The notes beneath the pieces are model-generated. The model saw only the letters and a program-made list of their open reading frames with translations. It was not told the DNA's origin and did no database searches. The position numbers and the translations under genes are program-made. Of a stretch of 64,000 bases of DNA, positions 47,993 to 58,060 are shown piece after piece. The stretch lies in the NCBI GenBank assembly GCA_016183565.1, contig JACPEJ010000001.1:226577-290576 (forward strand), in the 5' to 3' direction. Positions within the stretch are counted from its first letter, which is position 1; each line of letters begins with the position of its first letter. Source of the stretch: Candidatus Blackburnbacteria bacterium. GTDB lineage: Bacteria > Patescibacteriota > Microgenomatia > UBA8517 > UBA10165.

Positions 47993-49364
47993 TATTACCA
48001 ATTTCTTTAATACGCTTCAGAAGATAATCTCTGTTGTTTTTGGAGAGGTCTTCTTCAACTTCTGCAAAAAGTTTACTTAAAATTTGACCGATTTTTGGTC
48101 CTGATGGGATGTTTAATGTTTTCATAACATCATTACCGTCAACTTCTAAATCTTTTACAGAGAATGGTTGTTTTTGTACCTCTTCTAATCTCTTTTTGAA
48201 CTTTTCTAATCGCCAAGAAGTTTCGCTTGCTCCGCCACCTAAGCGGTCACCAGTTCGCAAATCTAGCATGTCTTGGAGGTTGTCTTTTCCAACCTTTCTT
48301 ATAAACCGTCTTAGTGCACCATCGGTTTGTCGCTCGTCGACGGTAAACTGGTGATAGCGTATAAGAGTCCATAGTTTATCTTTTTGTTTTTTTGAGAGTC
48401 TTAGGCGATCCGCAATCTCTTTTGCCATACGTGATCCAATTACTTCATGGTTATAAAAAGTGATAATGCCTTTTTCTGTCACCTGTTGTGTTTGTGGTTT
48501 CCCAATATCATGCAAGAGTGTTGCTAAACGGACAAGTGGATCTTTTGATGGACAGTTTTTAAGGGACATAAAAAGATGAGTACCTACATCATAAAGATGG
48601 TGTCTTTTTGGACTTTTCTGTTTAACTCCGAAAGATTTTTCGACTTCTGGTAGGATTTGTGTGAGCAATCCTGAATTTCTAAGCATTACTACCCCCTCGT
48701 AAGGGTAGAGGGATGCGAGGAGTTTTAATAGCTCATCCCGTATTCTTTCTTTTGAGACGAGATTTACTGATTCTCCTTGCATTTTTATTGCTTCGAAAGT
48801 CTTCTCTTCAATGGTGAATCCTAACTCGGAAGCAATTCTTACTCCCCGTATCACGCGAAGGGCATCTTCTCGAAATCTTTCGACAGGGTCGCCGACCGCT
48901 TTTATTAGTTTGTTTTTTAAATCATTCTGTCCGCCATGAGGATCAATTAACTCAAAGGGTAAATTGGATAGTTTACCTTGAGCAAGCGTGGCGCGTCGAA
49001 GGGCCATTGCATTTATTGTAAAATCACGCCTTGATAAGTCTTCTTCAAGACTTTCGCCCCATTCGACTTTGTCAGGGTGACGCTTATCTGTAAACCCAAT
49101 TTCTCGTCGGAAAGTTGTAATTTCGTAGGGCTTGAGGCAGGATTCGTGTGCGATGCCGATAGTACCAAATACGTTGTCGTAAAAGCCGTCGGGAAAAAGT
49201 TTTAAGATTTGGTCAGGTGTTGCGTTTGTTGTGAAGTCCCAGTCATTTACATCACGGTTTGTTAGGATATCTCGGACAGCTCCACCGACTATATAGATTT
49301 GGAACCCCGCTTGTTCGAAAGTATTGATGATGATTTTTACAAATTCTGGAAACTTGGTCGTCAT
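47973..49364 (-). CDS. cca: CCA-adding tRNA nucleotidyltransferase with HD domain
   Basis: GGAVRD..., D-x-D, HD domain LHDIGKP. Confidence 0.88.
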   Translation of the reverse strand: MTTKFPEFVKIIINTFEQAGFQIYIVGGAVRDILTNRDVNDWDFTTNATPDQILKLFPDGFYDNVFGTIGIAHESCLKPYEITTFRREIGFTDKRHPDKVEWGESLEEDLSRRDFTINAMALRRATLAQGKLSNLPFELIDPHGGQNDLKNKLIKAVGDPVERFREDALRVIRGVRIASELGFTIEEKTFEAIKMQGESVNLVSKERIRDELLKLLASLYPYEGVVMLRNSGLLTQILPEVEKSFGVKQKSPKRHHLYDVGTHLFMSLKNCPSKDPLVRLATLLHDIGKPQTQQVTEKGIITFYNHEVIGSRMAKEIADRLRLSKKQKDKLWTLIRYHQFTVDERQTDGALRRFIRKVGKDNLQDMLDLRTGDRLGGGASETSWRLEKFKKRLEEVQKQPFSVKDLEVDGNDVMKTLNIPSGPKIGQILSKLFAEVEEDLSKNNRDYLLKRIKEIGNNENTKV

Positions 49365-49381
49365 GGTATTATTGTAACAAA

Positions 49382-51148
49382 ATGGAAAGCAGTAAGCAGG
49401 TAGAAAAGGTTATCAGCACACTTTTGGTCAATCGTGGGGTAGTGACAAAAAAACAGAGGGAAGAGTTTTTTAATCCTCCACATCCCACAAAGATTACTTT
49501 TCGCCAGGTAGGTATTGATAAGAAGCAGGTTGCGCGGGCTGTTGCAAGGGTTAAAAAAGCGATTGACGAGAAAGAGAAAATAATTGTTTATGGAGATTAT
49601 GATGTTGATGGGATTTGTGCAGCTGCAATTTTGTGGGAAACCTTAAAAAGTTTGGGCGCAGATGTTTTGCCATATATACCAAGTAGATTTACGGAAGGGT
49701 ATGGCTTAAACATAGAGTCTATACAGAAACTCAAAGAAGAAGATCCTGCCATTGGTCTTATTATTACTGTAGATAACGGTATTGTTGCTCACGAAAAGAT
49801 TGATTTCGCGAAGGGGTTGGGAGTGGATGTAGTTATTACTGATCATCATCAGCCGGCGGAAACCTTACCATCTGCGCATGCGATTGTACATACCACACAA
49901 GTATCTGGTAGTGCTGTTGCTTGGTTTTTTGCGTGTGAACTTGTTGCCGCGGGGCCTGTCGGGAGCTCGTCCTCGGCCCGTATATCCTCGCTTAACGCTG
50001 CGGGCGCTCGGCGGGACTCCTCGTTCGAGTCTGAGCCTGAGGGCTCATCCCTCAGAGTCGAAGACCTCCGCTCCCGACACCCGCTTGAGTTGCTCGCTGA
50101 CCATCTGGGGCTTGCAGCTCTTGGGACAGTTGCAGATATTTTACCTTTAGTTGGGTATAATCGGTCACTTGTTTATCATGGCCTCGAGATTTTAAGAAAA
50201 ACTAAACGTCCTGGGGTGGTGGCCATATGTCGCGAGGCAGGGATAAAACAGGAAGAAATTGACATTTTCCATATCGGCTTTATGATTGCCCCTCGACTTA
50301 ATGCGGCGGGTCGTATGGAACACGCTATCAATAGCTTGAGACTTTTGTGTACTACACAAAAAGCGCGGGCGGAGATGTTGGCCCTTGCTTTGGGGCAAGC
50401 AAATAGAAAAAGACAAGAAAGTACAGAGCTTGCTGTAAAGCATATTGAAACTAATTACTCGTCCCAGTGGACTCAAAATGGTCTGCCTAAGGTTTTGTTC
50501 GCTTACCATAGTTCTTACGAGGAGGGTGTAGTCGGGATTGTTGCGGGGAGATTGGTCGAGAAGTATTATAGGCCAGCAATAGTGGTTTCTTATGGCGAAG
50601 CTTTATCAAAAGCATCAGCAAGGTCAATTGCTGGTATCGATATTATTGATACTATAAGAAAGGCTGGTGAAGGAATTTTACTAGGTGCGGGGGGGCACCC
50701 TATGGCAGCTGGTTTTAGTTTAGAGAGTAAGAAGATAAGTGAGTTTGCCGCTCGTTTAGATGAAGTGATGTTGGATGTTCCGGAAGGGGTTTTTAAAAGA
50801 GAGTTTCGAGTGGACTGTGACCTTCTATTTGCTGGTATTTCAGAAGAGCTTTATGGGGTTATTGTTAAGTTTGCTCCTTTTGGTTTTGGTAATCCTCAGC
50901 CGACATTTCGCACATCAGAAGTCTTTGTACAGGATGCAAGGTTGCTAGGAAAACAAAATGAGCATCTCAAGCTTTTTGTTGCTCAAGAAAAAGAGGGGAA
51001 AGGGTATGAGGCTATTGGTTTTAGAATGGGTGAACTATATTCAAGGTTGGATTCTTGTAATCCTGTAACTATTATATATTCGCTTGAGGAGGATCAGTGG
51101 AATGGGAGGAAGAAACTTCAATTGCGGCTGCGGCAGGTTGAATTATAG
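49382..51148 (+). CDS. recJ: single-stranded-DNA-specific exonuclease RecJ, carrying an in-frame ~43-codon GC-rich insert
   Basis: DHH motifs (YGDYDVDG, DHH), DHHA1 with GGHPMAAG; insert GPVGSSSSARISSLNAAGARRDSSFESEPEGSSLRVEDLRSRHP. Confidence 0.88.
   Translation: MESSKQVEKVISTLLVNRGVVTKKQREEFFNPPHPTKITFRQVGIDKKQVARAVARVKKAIDEKEKIIVYGDYDVDGICAAAILWETLKSLGADVLPYIPSRFTEGYGLNIESIQKLKEEDPAIGLIITVDNGIVAHEKIDFAKGLGVDVVITDHHQPAETLPSAHAIVHTTQVSGSAVAWFFACELVAAGPVGSSSSARISSLNAAGARRDSSFESEPEGSSLRVEDLRSRHPLELLADHLGLAALGTVADILPLVGYNRSLVYHGLEILRKTKRPGVVAICREAGIKQEEIDIFHIGFMIAPRLNAAGRMEHAINSLRLLCTTQKARAEMLALALGQANRKRQESTELAVKHIETNYSSQWTQNGLPKVLFAYHSSYEEGVVGIVAGRLVEKYYRPAIVVSYGEALSKASARSIAGIDIIDTIRKAGEGILLGAGGHPMAAGFSLESKKISEFAARLDEVMLDVPEGVFKREFRVDCDLLFAGISEELYGVIVKFAPFGFGNPQPTFRTSEVFVQDARLLGKQNEHLKLFVAQEKEGKGYEAIGFRMGELYSRLDSCNPVTIIYSLEEDQWNGRKKLQLRLRQVEL
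49946..50078 (+). repeat. GC-rich structured repeat element, copy 2 (in-frame inside recJ)
   Basis: ~90% identical to 17322-17490 except for a 30-nt internal deletion. Confidence 0.8.
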
Positions 51149-51191
51149 GGAGACTTGCTGTGGGAGACTCTTCTCGTTTACAATGTAGGTT

Positions 51192-52556
51192 GTGGAAAGA
51201 ACTTTAGCTATAGATACTGTAAAAAAAGTAGGTCAGGAGGTACGGCTTTTGGGTTGGGTGCACACAAAGAGGGATCATGGAAAAATTGTTTTTGTTGATT
51301 TGCGCGATAGGAGCGGGATAGTTCAGGTTGTTGGTGGTCAGGATTTGGTTGGTCTTCGTCCGGAGGATGTTGTTGAATTGACCGGCAATGTAATTAAAAG
51401 ACCGGATAACTTGATTAATCCTAAAATTCCGACCGGGGAAGTGGAACTTAAGGCCTCACGCGTTCAAGTTTTGTCAAAATCCTCGGATTTGCCTTTTCCA
51501 ATTGAAACTGATGGCTTGGAGATCGAGGAAGCGTTGCGTCTTAAGTATCGATATTTGGATTTAAGGAGAGAGAGAATGCAGCGCAACATTAGAGTTCGAA
51601 GTAAAGTTGTTCGGAGAATGCGAGAGTTTTTGATGGAACGGGATTTTGTGGAGATAGAGACCCCGATACTTTCGAAGGCGACTCCGGAGGGTGCACGGGA
51701 TTTTCTAGTGCCGTCCCGTTTACAAAAAGGGAAATTCTATGCTCTTCCCCAGTCTCCTCAGCAATATAAGCAATTATTAATGGTTGCTGGTATGGAAAGA
51801 TATTTTCAGATTGCAAGATGTTTTCGTGATGAGGATGCTCGGGCGGATAGAGCTTATGGGGAATTTACTCAGCTTGATATGGAAATGTCTTTTGTTACAC
51901 AAGATGAAATACTTTCTTTGGTCGAAGAGCTTTTTTTGGAGATTACAGAGAGTGTTTTGAACAAGAAGGTTTTTAAGAAGCCGTTTCCTAGGTTTACTTA
52001 TGGGCGGGCTTTGGAACAATTTGGAGATGATAAGTTTGACCTTCGAGAAGAGAAAGATCCGGATGTTTTAGCTTTTGCTTGGGTTGTGGACTTTCCTCTT
52101 TTTGAGCAGACGTCGGGAAGGAATGTTGCGCCGATGCACCATCCTTTCACAGCTCCTCGGGAGGAAGATATATCGCTTTTGGATACTGATATTTTCCAAG
52201 TTAGGTCTTTGCAGCATGATTTGATTTGCAATGGATTTGAGGTTGGGGGAGGGTCAGTAAGGATTACAGATCCTGAACTTCAAGCGAAAATCTTTGAAAT
52301 CCTTGGTCATACGCGGGCGGAAGTTGAGCGAAAGTTTGGTCATCTTTTGAGAGCTTTTCAGTATGGTGTTCCACCGCATGGGGGAATTGCTCCTGGTATA
52401 GATAGATTTTTGATGGCTGCGTTTGGAGAACCTTCAGTTCGGGAAGTAATGGCTTTTCCAACTAGCACTTCTGGTCAGACTGCGGTTATGGATGCTCCGT
52501 CTGAGGTTGAAGAAGATCAGTTGAAAGTTCTTGGAATTCAAGTTGGCAAAAAGTAG
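51192..52556 (+). CDS. aspS: aspartyl-tRNA synthetase (short type lacking the GAD insertion; GTG start)
   Basis: OB anticodon-binding domain, class II motifs (FRDE, GGGSVRI, GIDR). Confidence 0.9.
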   Translation: MERTLAIDTVKKVGQEVRLLGWVHTKRDHGKIVFVDLRDRSGIVQVVGGQDLVGLRPEDVVELTGNVIKRPDNLINPKIPTGEVELKASRVQVLSKSSDLPFPIETDGLEIEEALRLKYRYLDLRRERMQRNIRVRSKVVRRMREFLMERDFVEIETPILSKATPEGARDFLVPSRLQKGKFYALPQSPQQYKQLLMVAGMERYFQIARCFRDEDARADRAYGEFTQLDMEMSFVTQDEILSLVEELFLEITESVLNKKVFKKPFPRFTYGRALEQFGDDKFDLREEKDPDVLAFAWVVDFPLFEQTSGRNVAPMHHPFTAPREEDISLLDTDIFQVRSLQHDLICNGFEVGGGSVRITDPELQAKIFEILGHTRAEVERKFGHLLRAFQYGVPPHGGIAPGIDRFLMAAFGEPSVREVMAFPTSTSGQTAVMDAPSEVEEDQLKVLGIQVGKK

Positions 52557-52568
52557 ACAATTTTCGGT

Positions 52569-53507
52569 ATGCCCAAAAAACTTGTAAATTATTTTTCTGC
52601 GGAAGACCAATTCCTTTTTTATGTTTGCGCTTTTTGGGTCAGTGTAGTTTTTGCAGGTTTGGTTATAGGGGAGACAGGAAAGGTTAAGGCAGAGAGGGAA
52701 GTTCTTCCACCTCAGCCTTTTGTGCAGGAGGTGCCGCGAGTGCCAAAGCCCGATTTGAGGTCAGGTGCTATTTTACCGCCTGTTCTTTCTGCCAAGGCGG
52801 TGTATGTGGTTGATGATGAATCGGGGGAAGTGTTATTCTCGAAGAATGAGAGTGAGCCTGTTCTTCCTGCTTCGACTACAAAGATTGCGACTGCGTTGGT
52901 TGCCTTAACACACTATAATCTTCAGGATGTACTTACGGTTGGTAAGTTAGATGCTACTGGTCAAACTATGGATCTTCAGGTGGGTGAAGAGATGAGTGTG
53001 GAAAATCTTCTTTATGGGTTATTGATTTTTTCAGCTAATGATGCGGCGGAGGTATTGGCACAAAACTACCCAGGAGGTAGAAGTAATTTTATAGATGCGA
53101 TGAATCGTTTAGCGAAACAGCAAGGTTTGGAGAATACTCATTTTGTGAACCCTGTTGGTTTTGATGAATATTTGCATTTCTCTTCTGCACAAGATTTGAC
53201 TAAGTTAGCGCAGTACGCAATAAAAAACCCGGTGTTTGCAAAGATTGTTGCAACTCCTGAGTTTAGTGCAACTAATGTAGACGGAACTGCGGTGCATAAG
53301 CTTGCGAATATAAATGAGCTGATTGGTAAGGTGCCTGGTGTTTTGGGAATAAAGACTGGTTGGACTGAGAGTGCAGGAGAGTCGTTGATAACTTTGATTG
53401 AGAGGGATGGGCATAAGGTTGTTATTTCTCTTTTGGGGAGTGCTGATCGTTTTGAAGAGACAAAGGTTCTTTTGGATTGGATATTTGGGAGTTATGAGTG
53501 GAAGTAA
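52569..53507 (+). CDS. D-alanyl-D-alanine carboxypeptidase (PBP5/6 family)
   Basis: SxxK (ASTTK), SxN (FSAND), KTG (IKTGWT). Confidence 0.8.
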   Translation: MPKKLVNYFSAEDQFLFYVCAFWVSVVFAGLVIGETGKVKAEREVLPPQPFVQEVPRVPKPDLRSGAILPPVLSAKAVYVVDDESGEVLFSKNESEPVLPASTTKIATALVALTHYNLQDVLTVGKLDATGQTMDLQVGEEMSVENLLYGLLIFSANDAAEVLAQNYPGGRSNFIDAMNRLAKQQGLENTHFVNPVGFDEYLHFSSAQDLTKLAQYAIKNPVFAKIVATPEFSATNVDGTAVHKLANINELIGKVPGVLGIKTGWTESAGESLITLIERDGHKVVISLLGSADRFEETKVLLDWIFGSYEWK

Positions 53508-53521
53508 TATGATATTATAAT

Positions 53522-53725
53522 GTGCTACACATGATGAAACCCGTTGATTTAACTAAACTTTTAAAGAAGTACACTTCAGGGTGGGTTGCACTGTCTAAAG
53601 ACTACAAAAGGGTGGTAGCTGCAGCTGAATCCTTAGAGGAGCTTGATGGGAGGCTGAAGAAGCTTAGAAATCCAAAAGTAGTTTTGATCTCTGCTGCACC
53701 TAATTATCGTAGTTTTATTACATAA
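53522..53725 (+). CDS. small protein (67 aa), DUF5678-like
   Basis: KKYTSGWVAL..D.KRVVAAAESLEEL...; coupled to the next gene by an ATAATGA overlap. Confidence 0.45.
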   Translation: MLHMMKPVDLTKLLKKYTSGWVALSKDYKRVVAAAESLEELDGRLKKLRNPKVVLISAAPNYRSFIT

Positions 53726-54129
53726 TGACACTTCCGTATTTTATGCTGCCTGGCGATCCCACCAAAGTTCTACGGCCACTTGTGCCAGTCAAATATAAGT
53801 ATCAAGGTAAAGAAACCAAACCCATACTTACCCTTATTGATTCAGGTGCTGACTACTCTTTTGCGACTCTCAAGATTGCTCTTTATTTGGGTATAAAATT
53901 TAAGGGTATTAAACCTGTATCAATTACTGGTTTTAACCAGGCTACAACAGGCTGTTTTCCCAAAGAGGTGGGTGTTGAGGTCGCAGGGCGAGAAATCCAG
54001 ATGCCAGTGTATTTTGGTGGCTCACTGACTCAGGAGTATCCCAGTATTTTAGGCCAGGATATATTCTTTGATAAAGCAAGAATTACATTTGAAAGATACA
54101 ATTGGAGTTTTGGTATCTATTGGCAGTGA
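53725..54129 (+). CDS. retropepsin-like aspartic protease
   Basis: LTLIDSGADYSF matches the D-S/T-G-A active-site motif; 134 aa. Confidence 0.6.
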   Translation: MTLPYFMLPGDPTKVLRPLVPVKYKYQGKETKPILTLIDSGADYSFATLKIALYLGIKFKGIKPVSITGFNQATTGCFPKEVGVEVAGREIQMPVYFGGSLTQEYPSILGQDIFFDKARITFERYNWSFGIYWQ

Positions 54130-54163
54130 AACCCTCTCGAGTTAAAATAGATGAGTATAAGAA

Positions 54164-55207
54164 TTAGTTTCCGTAATATTCGGGGGTGATGGCGGGGATA
54201 AAGCTTCGGAAGTTGTTGTCTCCCTCGAAGGCGAAGACTGGTTGGAGGAATTGTTGGGGGGTTCCTGAATCATAATACGCAAGATAAACTCTTCTTATAG
54301 GTATGTTTCCGCCGGTTGGCGGAGCGGAGATTATAAGAGCCTTGCCACTTGTTAGTTCCTCCCAGGCGGTTTGTACAGTCTTTATAGGATAGGTAGATTT
54401 TTGCTCTTGGGATATTGGGAAGTAATGATATTCTCCGGCGACAATTTGGCGTGGTCCGTATGTTTCTCCTGAGACTAAAAGCCACACGGTTGAACGGTCT
54501 ATCTTTGGGGTTAGAATTGGTAGGTTATTGTAGTCCTGTCTCCAAAAGTTAACTCTTACGAAGTTTGCTTGGGATATGGAGGACACAGTTTCGAGAGCCT
54601 CAGGCGCGCTGCGCAAGAATTCGAAGGTTTGTCGGCCTTGTACTAAATCTTGAGCAAGGAGGCTAGCGGAGTTTAGGAAGGAACGTGCACTTTGGCTTGC
54701 GTCTTCGGTTGATTTTGGGTGAAGGTTTAGTAATTCTGTGTCTTGATTTAAGTTGTAACTGAGAGATAGTGTTCGGTTGACTATGTTTATATCTAATACC
54801 GAAGGAACGGTTGGATGTTGGAATCTGTATGTGACATCTGATAAAGCAGTGACTTCTTTGGGGAAACCGAGATATTTTGCAATTCTTGATGCTTCGTCAA
54901 GGTTTAAAAAGGAGGTTTGTGGTGTGGGCATAAAATGGACCGTTGCCTGGGATGAGAATTTTGGTAGTTCTCCGGTTGGTGTTTGTAAAGAATAGGAAAA
55001 GGTTGGTAAACCCGGTTTGGGTGTGAATACAATTGCAGGGAGTTTTTTAAACCTCACCTCTGGTGGTGGAGGAGGAGCGGGAAAAAAATGCCGGTAAGTG
55101 CTGAAGCCTGCGACCCAGGCGATACGAAGACCCAGGAGGATACTTATAAAAATTATTCCGTACTTGATTACACTTCTGGACCAATAGGCGGTTTCAGTTA
55201 GTGTCAT
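54164..55207 (-). CDS. hypothetical membrane-anchored extracytoplasmic protein
   Basis: N-terminal TM helix then a PPPPPE linker; 347 aa. Confidence 0.5.
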   Translation of the reverse strand: MTLTETAYWSRSVIKYGIIFISILLGLRIAWVAGFSTYRHFFPAPPPPPEVRFKKLPAIVFTPKPGLPTFSYSLQTPTGELPKFSSQATVHFMPTPQTSFLNLDEASRIAKYLGFPKEVTALSDVTYRFQHPTVPSVLDINIVNRTLSLSYNLNQDTELLNLHPKSTEDASQSARSFLNSASLLAQDLVQGRQTFEFLRSAPEALETVSSISQANFVRVNFWRQDYNNLPILTPKIDRSTVWLLVSGETYGPRQIVAGEYHYFPISQEQKSTYPIKTVQTAWEELTSGKALIISAPPTGGNIPIRRVYLAYYDSGTPQQFLQPVFAFEGDNNFRSFIPAITPEYYGN

Positions 55208-55269
55208 TAGTTTGATTCTACCATGTTTTATACGTATACTGAAGGTGTTTTTGGAAGGGGTTGGTGGTT

Positions 55270-56592
55270 ATGAGAAAAACTGGAAAATCTATTAAAGGTG
55301 TGCGTACGAGGGTTGCGCCTTCTCCTACGGGATTTGCTCATGTGGGTACTGCGTACGTAGCGCTTTTTAATTATGCTTTTGCAAAAAAGCATGGTGGTCA
55401 ATTTATACTTCGGTTGGAGGATAGTGACGTTAAAAGAAATGTACCTGGTGCTGAGGAGGCAATTTATAAAGGGCTTTCTTGGTTAGGTTTGTCTTGGGAT
55501 GAAGGGCCGGATATTGGTGGAAGCTACGGACCTTATCGGGAGTCAGAGAAGCTGGAGATTTATCAAGGACAAGCAAAGAAGCTCGTGGGGGAAGGTAAGG
55601 CTTATGAGGATAATGGGGCTATAAGGTTTAAGAATCCGGGCGAGGAGGTTAGTTGGAATGATCTTATTCGGGGGGTAATTACGTTCCCAGGAGAAGAGAT
55701 AACGGATTTTGTAATTATGAAATCTGATGGGTATCCGACCTACAACTTTGCTGTGGTTGTGGATGATATTGAGATGAAAATTTCCCATGTGATTCGGGGG
55801 GAGGAGCATATATCAAATACTCCGAGGCAGTTGGCTATTTATAAGGCTTTGGGTGTTGTGTCTCCACAATTTGCACATCTTCCGACACTGCGTAATTTTG
55901 AGCGCAAAAAGCTTTCTAAAAGGCGTGATCCTGTTGACTTGCGTATTTATCAAAAGGAAGGGTATTTGCCCGAAGCTTTGGTTAATTTCTTGTGTCTTTT
56001 GGGGTGGTCGCATCCGGAGGAAAAAGAGGTGTTTTCCTTGAACGAGTTTGTTACGAGTTTTGATTTGGGGCGAGTAAGGAAGGCGGGGCCGATTTTTGAT
56101 GTAAAAAAGCTTGACTGGATAAATGGGGTTTATATAAGAAATTTGGATGATAATACTCTTTCTGATTTGGTTGGTAAATATCTGTCCGTGAGTGTTTCGG
56201 AGGATTTTTTGAGGCAAGTTGTTCCTTTGATAAAAGAGAGGATTTCAAAGCTTTCAGAGGCGGAGAATCTTTTGTCGTTTTTTTGGGAAAGGCCGAGTTT
56301 GCAACCGGAGCTCTTTAGTCCTCACGGGGTTTCGCATGTGGCGTCAGCTGCTCGTGCTCTTGGCGAGATTTCGGATTGGATACTAGAAGACGTTAACAAC
56401 AAACTTGGAGAGCTGATTGCTGAAAAAAAATTTAAGACTGGTGAATTCTATATGAGTTTAAGACTTGCCCTGACTGGAAAGCGGGTTACGCCGCCAATTA
56501 ATGAGTCAATAGTTATTTTAGGTCAGGATGAGGTAATACATCGCCTGGAAGAGGCTGAAAAGGTTTTGGTTGAAGTTGGAGCTCGGGTTTAG
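55270..56592 (+). CDS. gltX: glutamyl-tRNA synthetase
   Basis: VRTRVAPSPTGFAHVGTA (HIGH-type), KLSKR (KMSKS). Confidence 0.92.
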   Translation: MRKTGKSIKGVRTRVAPSPTGFAHVGTAYVALFNYAFAKKHGGQFILRLEDSDVKRNVPGAEEAIYKGLSWLGLSWDEGPDIGGSYGPYRESEKLEIYQGQAKKLVGEGKAYEDNGAIRFKNPGEEVSWNDLIRGVITFPGEEITDFVIMKSDGYPTYNFAVVVDDIEMKISHVIRGEEHISNTPRQLAIYKALGVVSPQFAHLPTLRNFERKKLSKRRDPVDLRIYQKEGYLPEALVNFLCLLGWSHPEEKEVFSLNEFVTSFDLGRVRKAGPIFDVKKLDWINGVYIRNLDDNTLSDLVGKYLSVSVSEDFLRQVVPLIKERISKLSEAENLLSFFWERPSLQPELFSPHGVSHVASAARALGEISDWILEDVNNKLGELIAEKKFKTGEFYMSLRLALTGKRVTPPINESIVILGQDEVIHRLEEAEKVLVEVGARV

Positions 56593-56605
56593 GTAATTCA
56601 ATTCA

Positions 56606-57613
56606 ATGTCAAAAACTGCCTATTGTACGACGTCTGCAGCACGGAATCGGATTAAGCTACGGCATTTTGAGGCGCAGGCAAGGTTTCGGCAGAGACATCC
56701 TCACGCTTCTGAGTTTTTCCAAAAAGTAGGGGTTGATCCGGGGAAAATAAGAGAACATTCCGCTCGGCTTTTGACAGCCGGAGCTTTAGGTGGTGCTTTG
56801 CTTCTTGCGCCTGGTATAAGTGTTAGTAATCAGCAGAATCAGGTTGGCCAGCCCCCTTCTTTGAAAATGTTGCCTCTATCAAGTACCGCAAACCCTCTTG
56901 TTTTGCCTGCTCCTATTGTCCCGTCACTTGAGGATGCTGGGAAAGTTTGGACAACAAATCCTCAGGAATGGTTAACTTACCAATTAGGAAAACTTCTCCC
57001 TCCAATTACGAATCGTTGGGGGTTGCCTTTTTTAAGCAGGGAAGAAGAAAAGATAATCGAGAAGGTTGTGGAGCGTGCAACGGGTGTGCCGGCAAAGGCT
57101 ACTTTAGAAGGTGAACGTTTGAACACTGTTTACGGGTACATTGGTGCTGAACAACACCTTGCGCGTTATCCTGGTGACACAATGGCTGGTCATGAGTTGA
57201 AGGCGGAGGGGATGGCTCCGGGTTTGGGAGGTTGGGGATATTTTACCGTTGCTGGTAAATTAACCAGTGATGCTATTGAGCGGGAGAAATATTATGTTGC
57301 TGTGCAAACTCTTTATTTGCCTGATTGGGGGAAGAGGGTGAAGTATCTTGCTCAGTGGTATAAGTGGAGGAAGGTTATAGTTGTTGATGTTGAGCGGGGG
57401 ACGGCAGTAGTTGCGGTGGTGGGGGATGCTGGACCGGCTGCTTGGACAGGAAAACATTTTGGCGGAAGTCCTGAGGTAATGTACTCTTTGGGAGGGCCGC
57501 GATATAAGAAAGGACGAGTGCTTTTGTATTTTGTGGATGATCCGGAGAATAAGATTCAACTTGGGCCAGTTGATTATAATAAGCTTAATGTTCCGATGGT
57601 AAAATCAATCTAA
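56606..57613 (+). CDS. hypothetical secreted protein (possible DPBB/3D-like C-terminal domain)
   Basis: ORF; C-terminal VVDVERGTAVVAVVGDAGP resembles RlpA/3D-type barrels (weak). Confidence 0.4.
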   Translation: MSKTAYCTTSAARNRIKLRHFEAQARFRQRHPHASEFFQKVGVDPGKIREHSARLLTAGALGGALLLAPGISVSNQQNQVGQPPSLKMLPLSSTANPLVLPAPIVPSLEDAGKVWTTNPQEWLTYQLGKLLPPITNRWGLPFLSREEEKIIEKVVERATGVPAKATLEGERLNTVYGYIGAEQHLARYPGDTMAGHELKAEGMAPGLGGWGYFTVAGKLTSDAIEREKYYVAVQTLYLPDWGKRVKYLAQWYKWRKVIVVDVERGTAVVAVVGDAGPAAWTGKHFGGSPEVMYSLGGPRYKKGRVLLYFVDDPENKIQLGPVDYNKLNVPMVKSI

Positions 57614-57662
57614 TATGAGTAAGATATTTTATACGAGCGAAGCGAATTGAAGAAAGTTTTGT

Positions 57663-57998
57663 ATGTCAAAAATTTTTTACGATCACTTGATAATCCTTGA
57701 GGAAGTTGAGATTGAGTTGAGTAGGCTTGAGATAGAGCGGGAGGAGCGGACCGAGATTGAACAATTGATAGATGAGTTGGTTCATCACAGAGTTTTGGAC
57801 AGAGTTCTTACACATCTTCCACGAGAGCATCATGAGGAATTTTTGGAGAAGTTTCATCGGGCTCCTTATGATTCTAAACTTCTTTCGTACCTTGATGAGA
57901 AGATTGAGGAAAGTGTTGAGGAGCATATCAAAGATGAGGTTGGGAAGTTAAAAAAGGAAATACTAGAAGATCTTCGTTCTTCTTCTAAAAAGGATTGA
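57663..57998 (+). CDS. hypothetical acidic coiled-coil protein
   Basis: ORF only. Confidence 0.35.
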   Translation: MSKIFYDHLIILEEVEIELSRLEIEREERTEIEQLIDELVHHRVLDRVLTHLPREHHEEFLEKFHRAPYDSKLLSYLDEKIEESVEEHIKDEVGKLKKEILEDLRSSSKKD

Positions 57999-58008
57999 TT
58001 TTCCTACT

Positions 58009-58038
58009 TGACTTTTTTTACAGAATAACATTATAGTG
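58009..58038 (+). promoter_or_regulatory. sigma70-like promoter TTGACT-18-TATAGT upstream of the giant surface-protein gene
   Basis: seen in sequence. Confidence 0.4.
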
Positions 58039-58060
58039 TTCAGATACTGTTAATTTCTGA

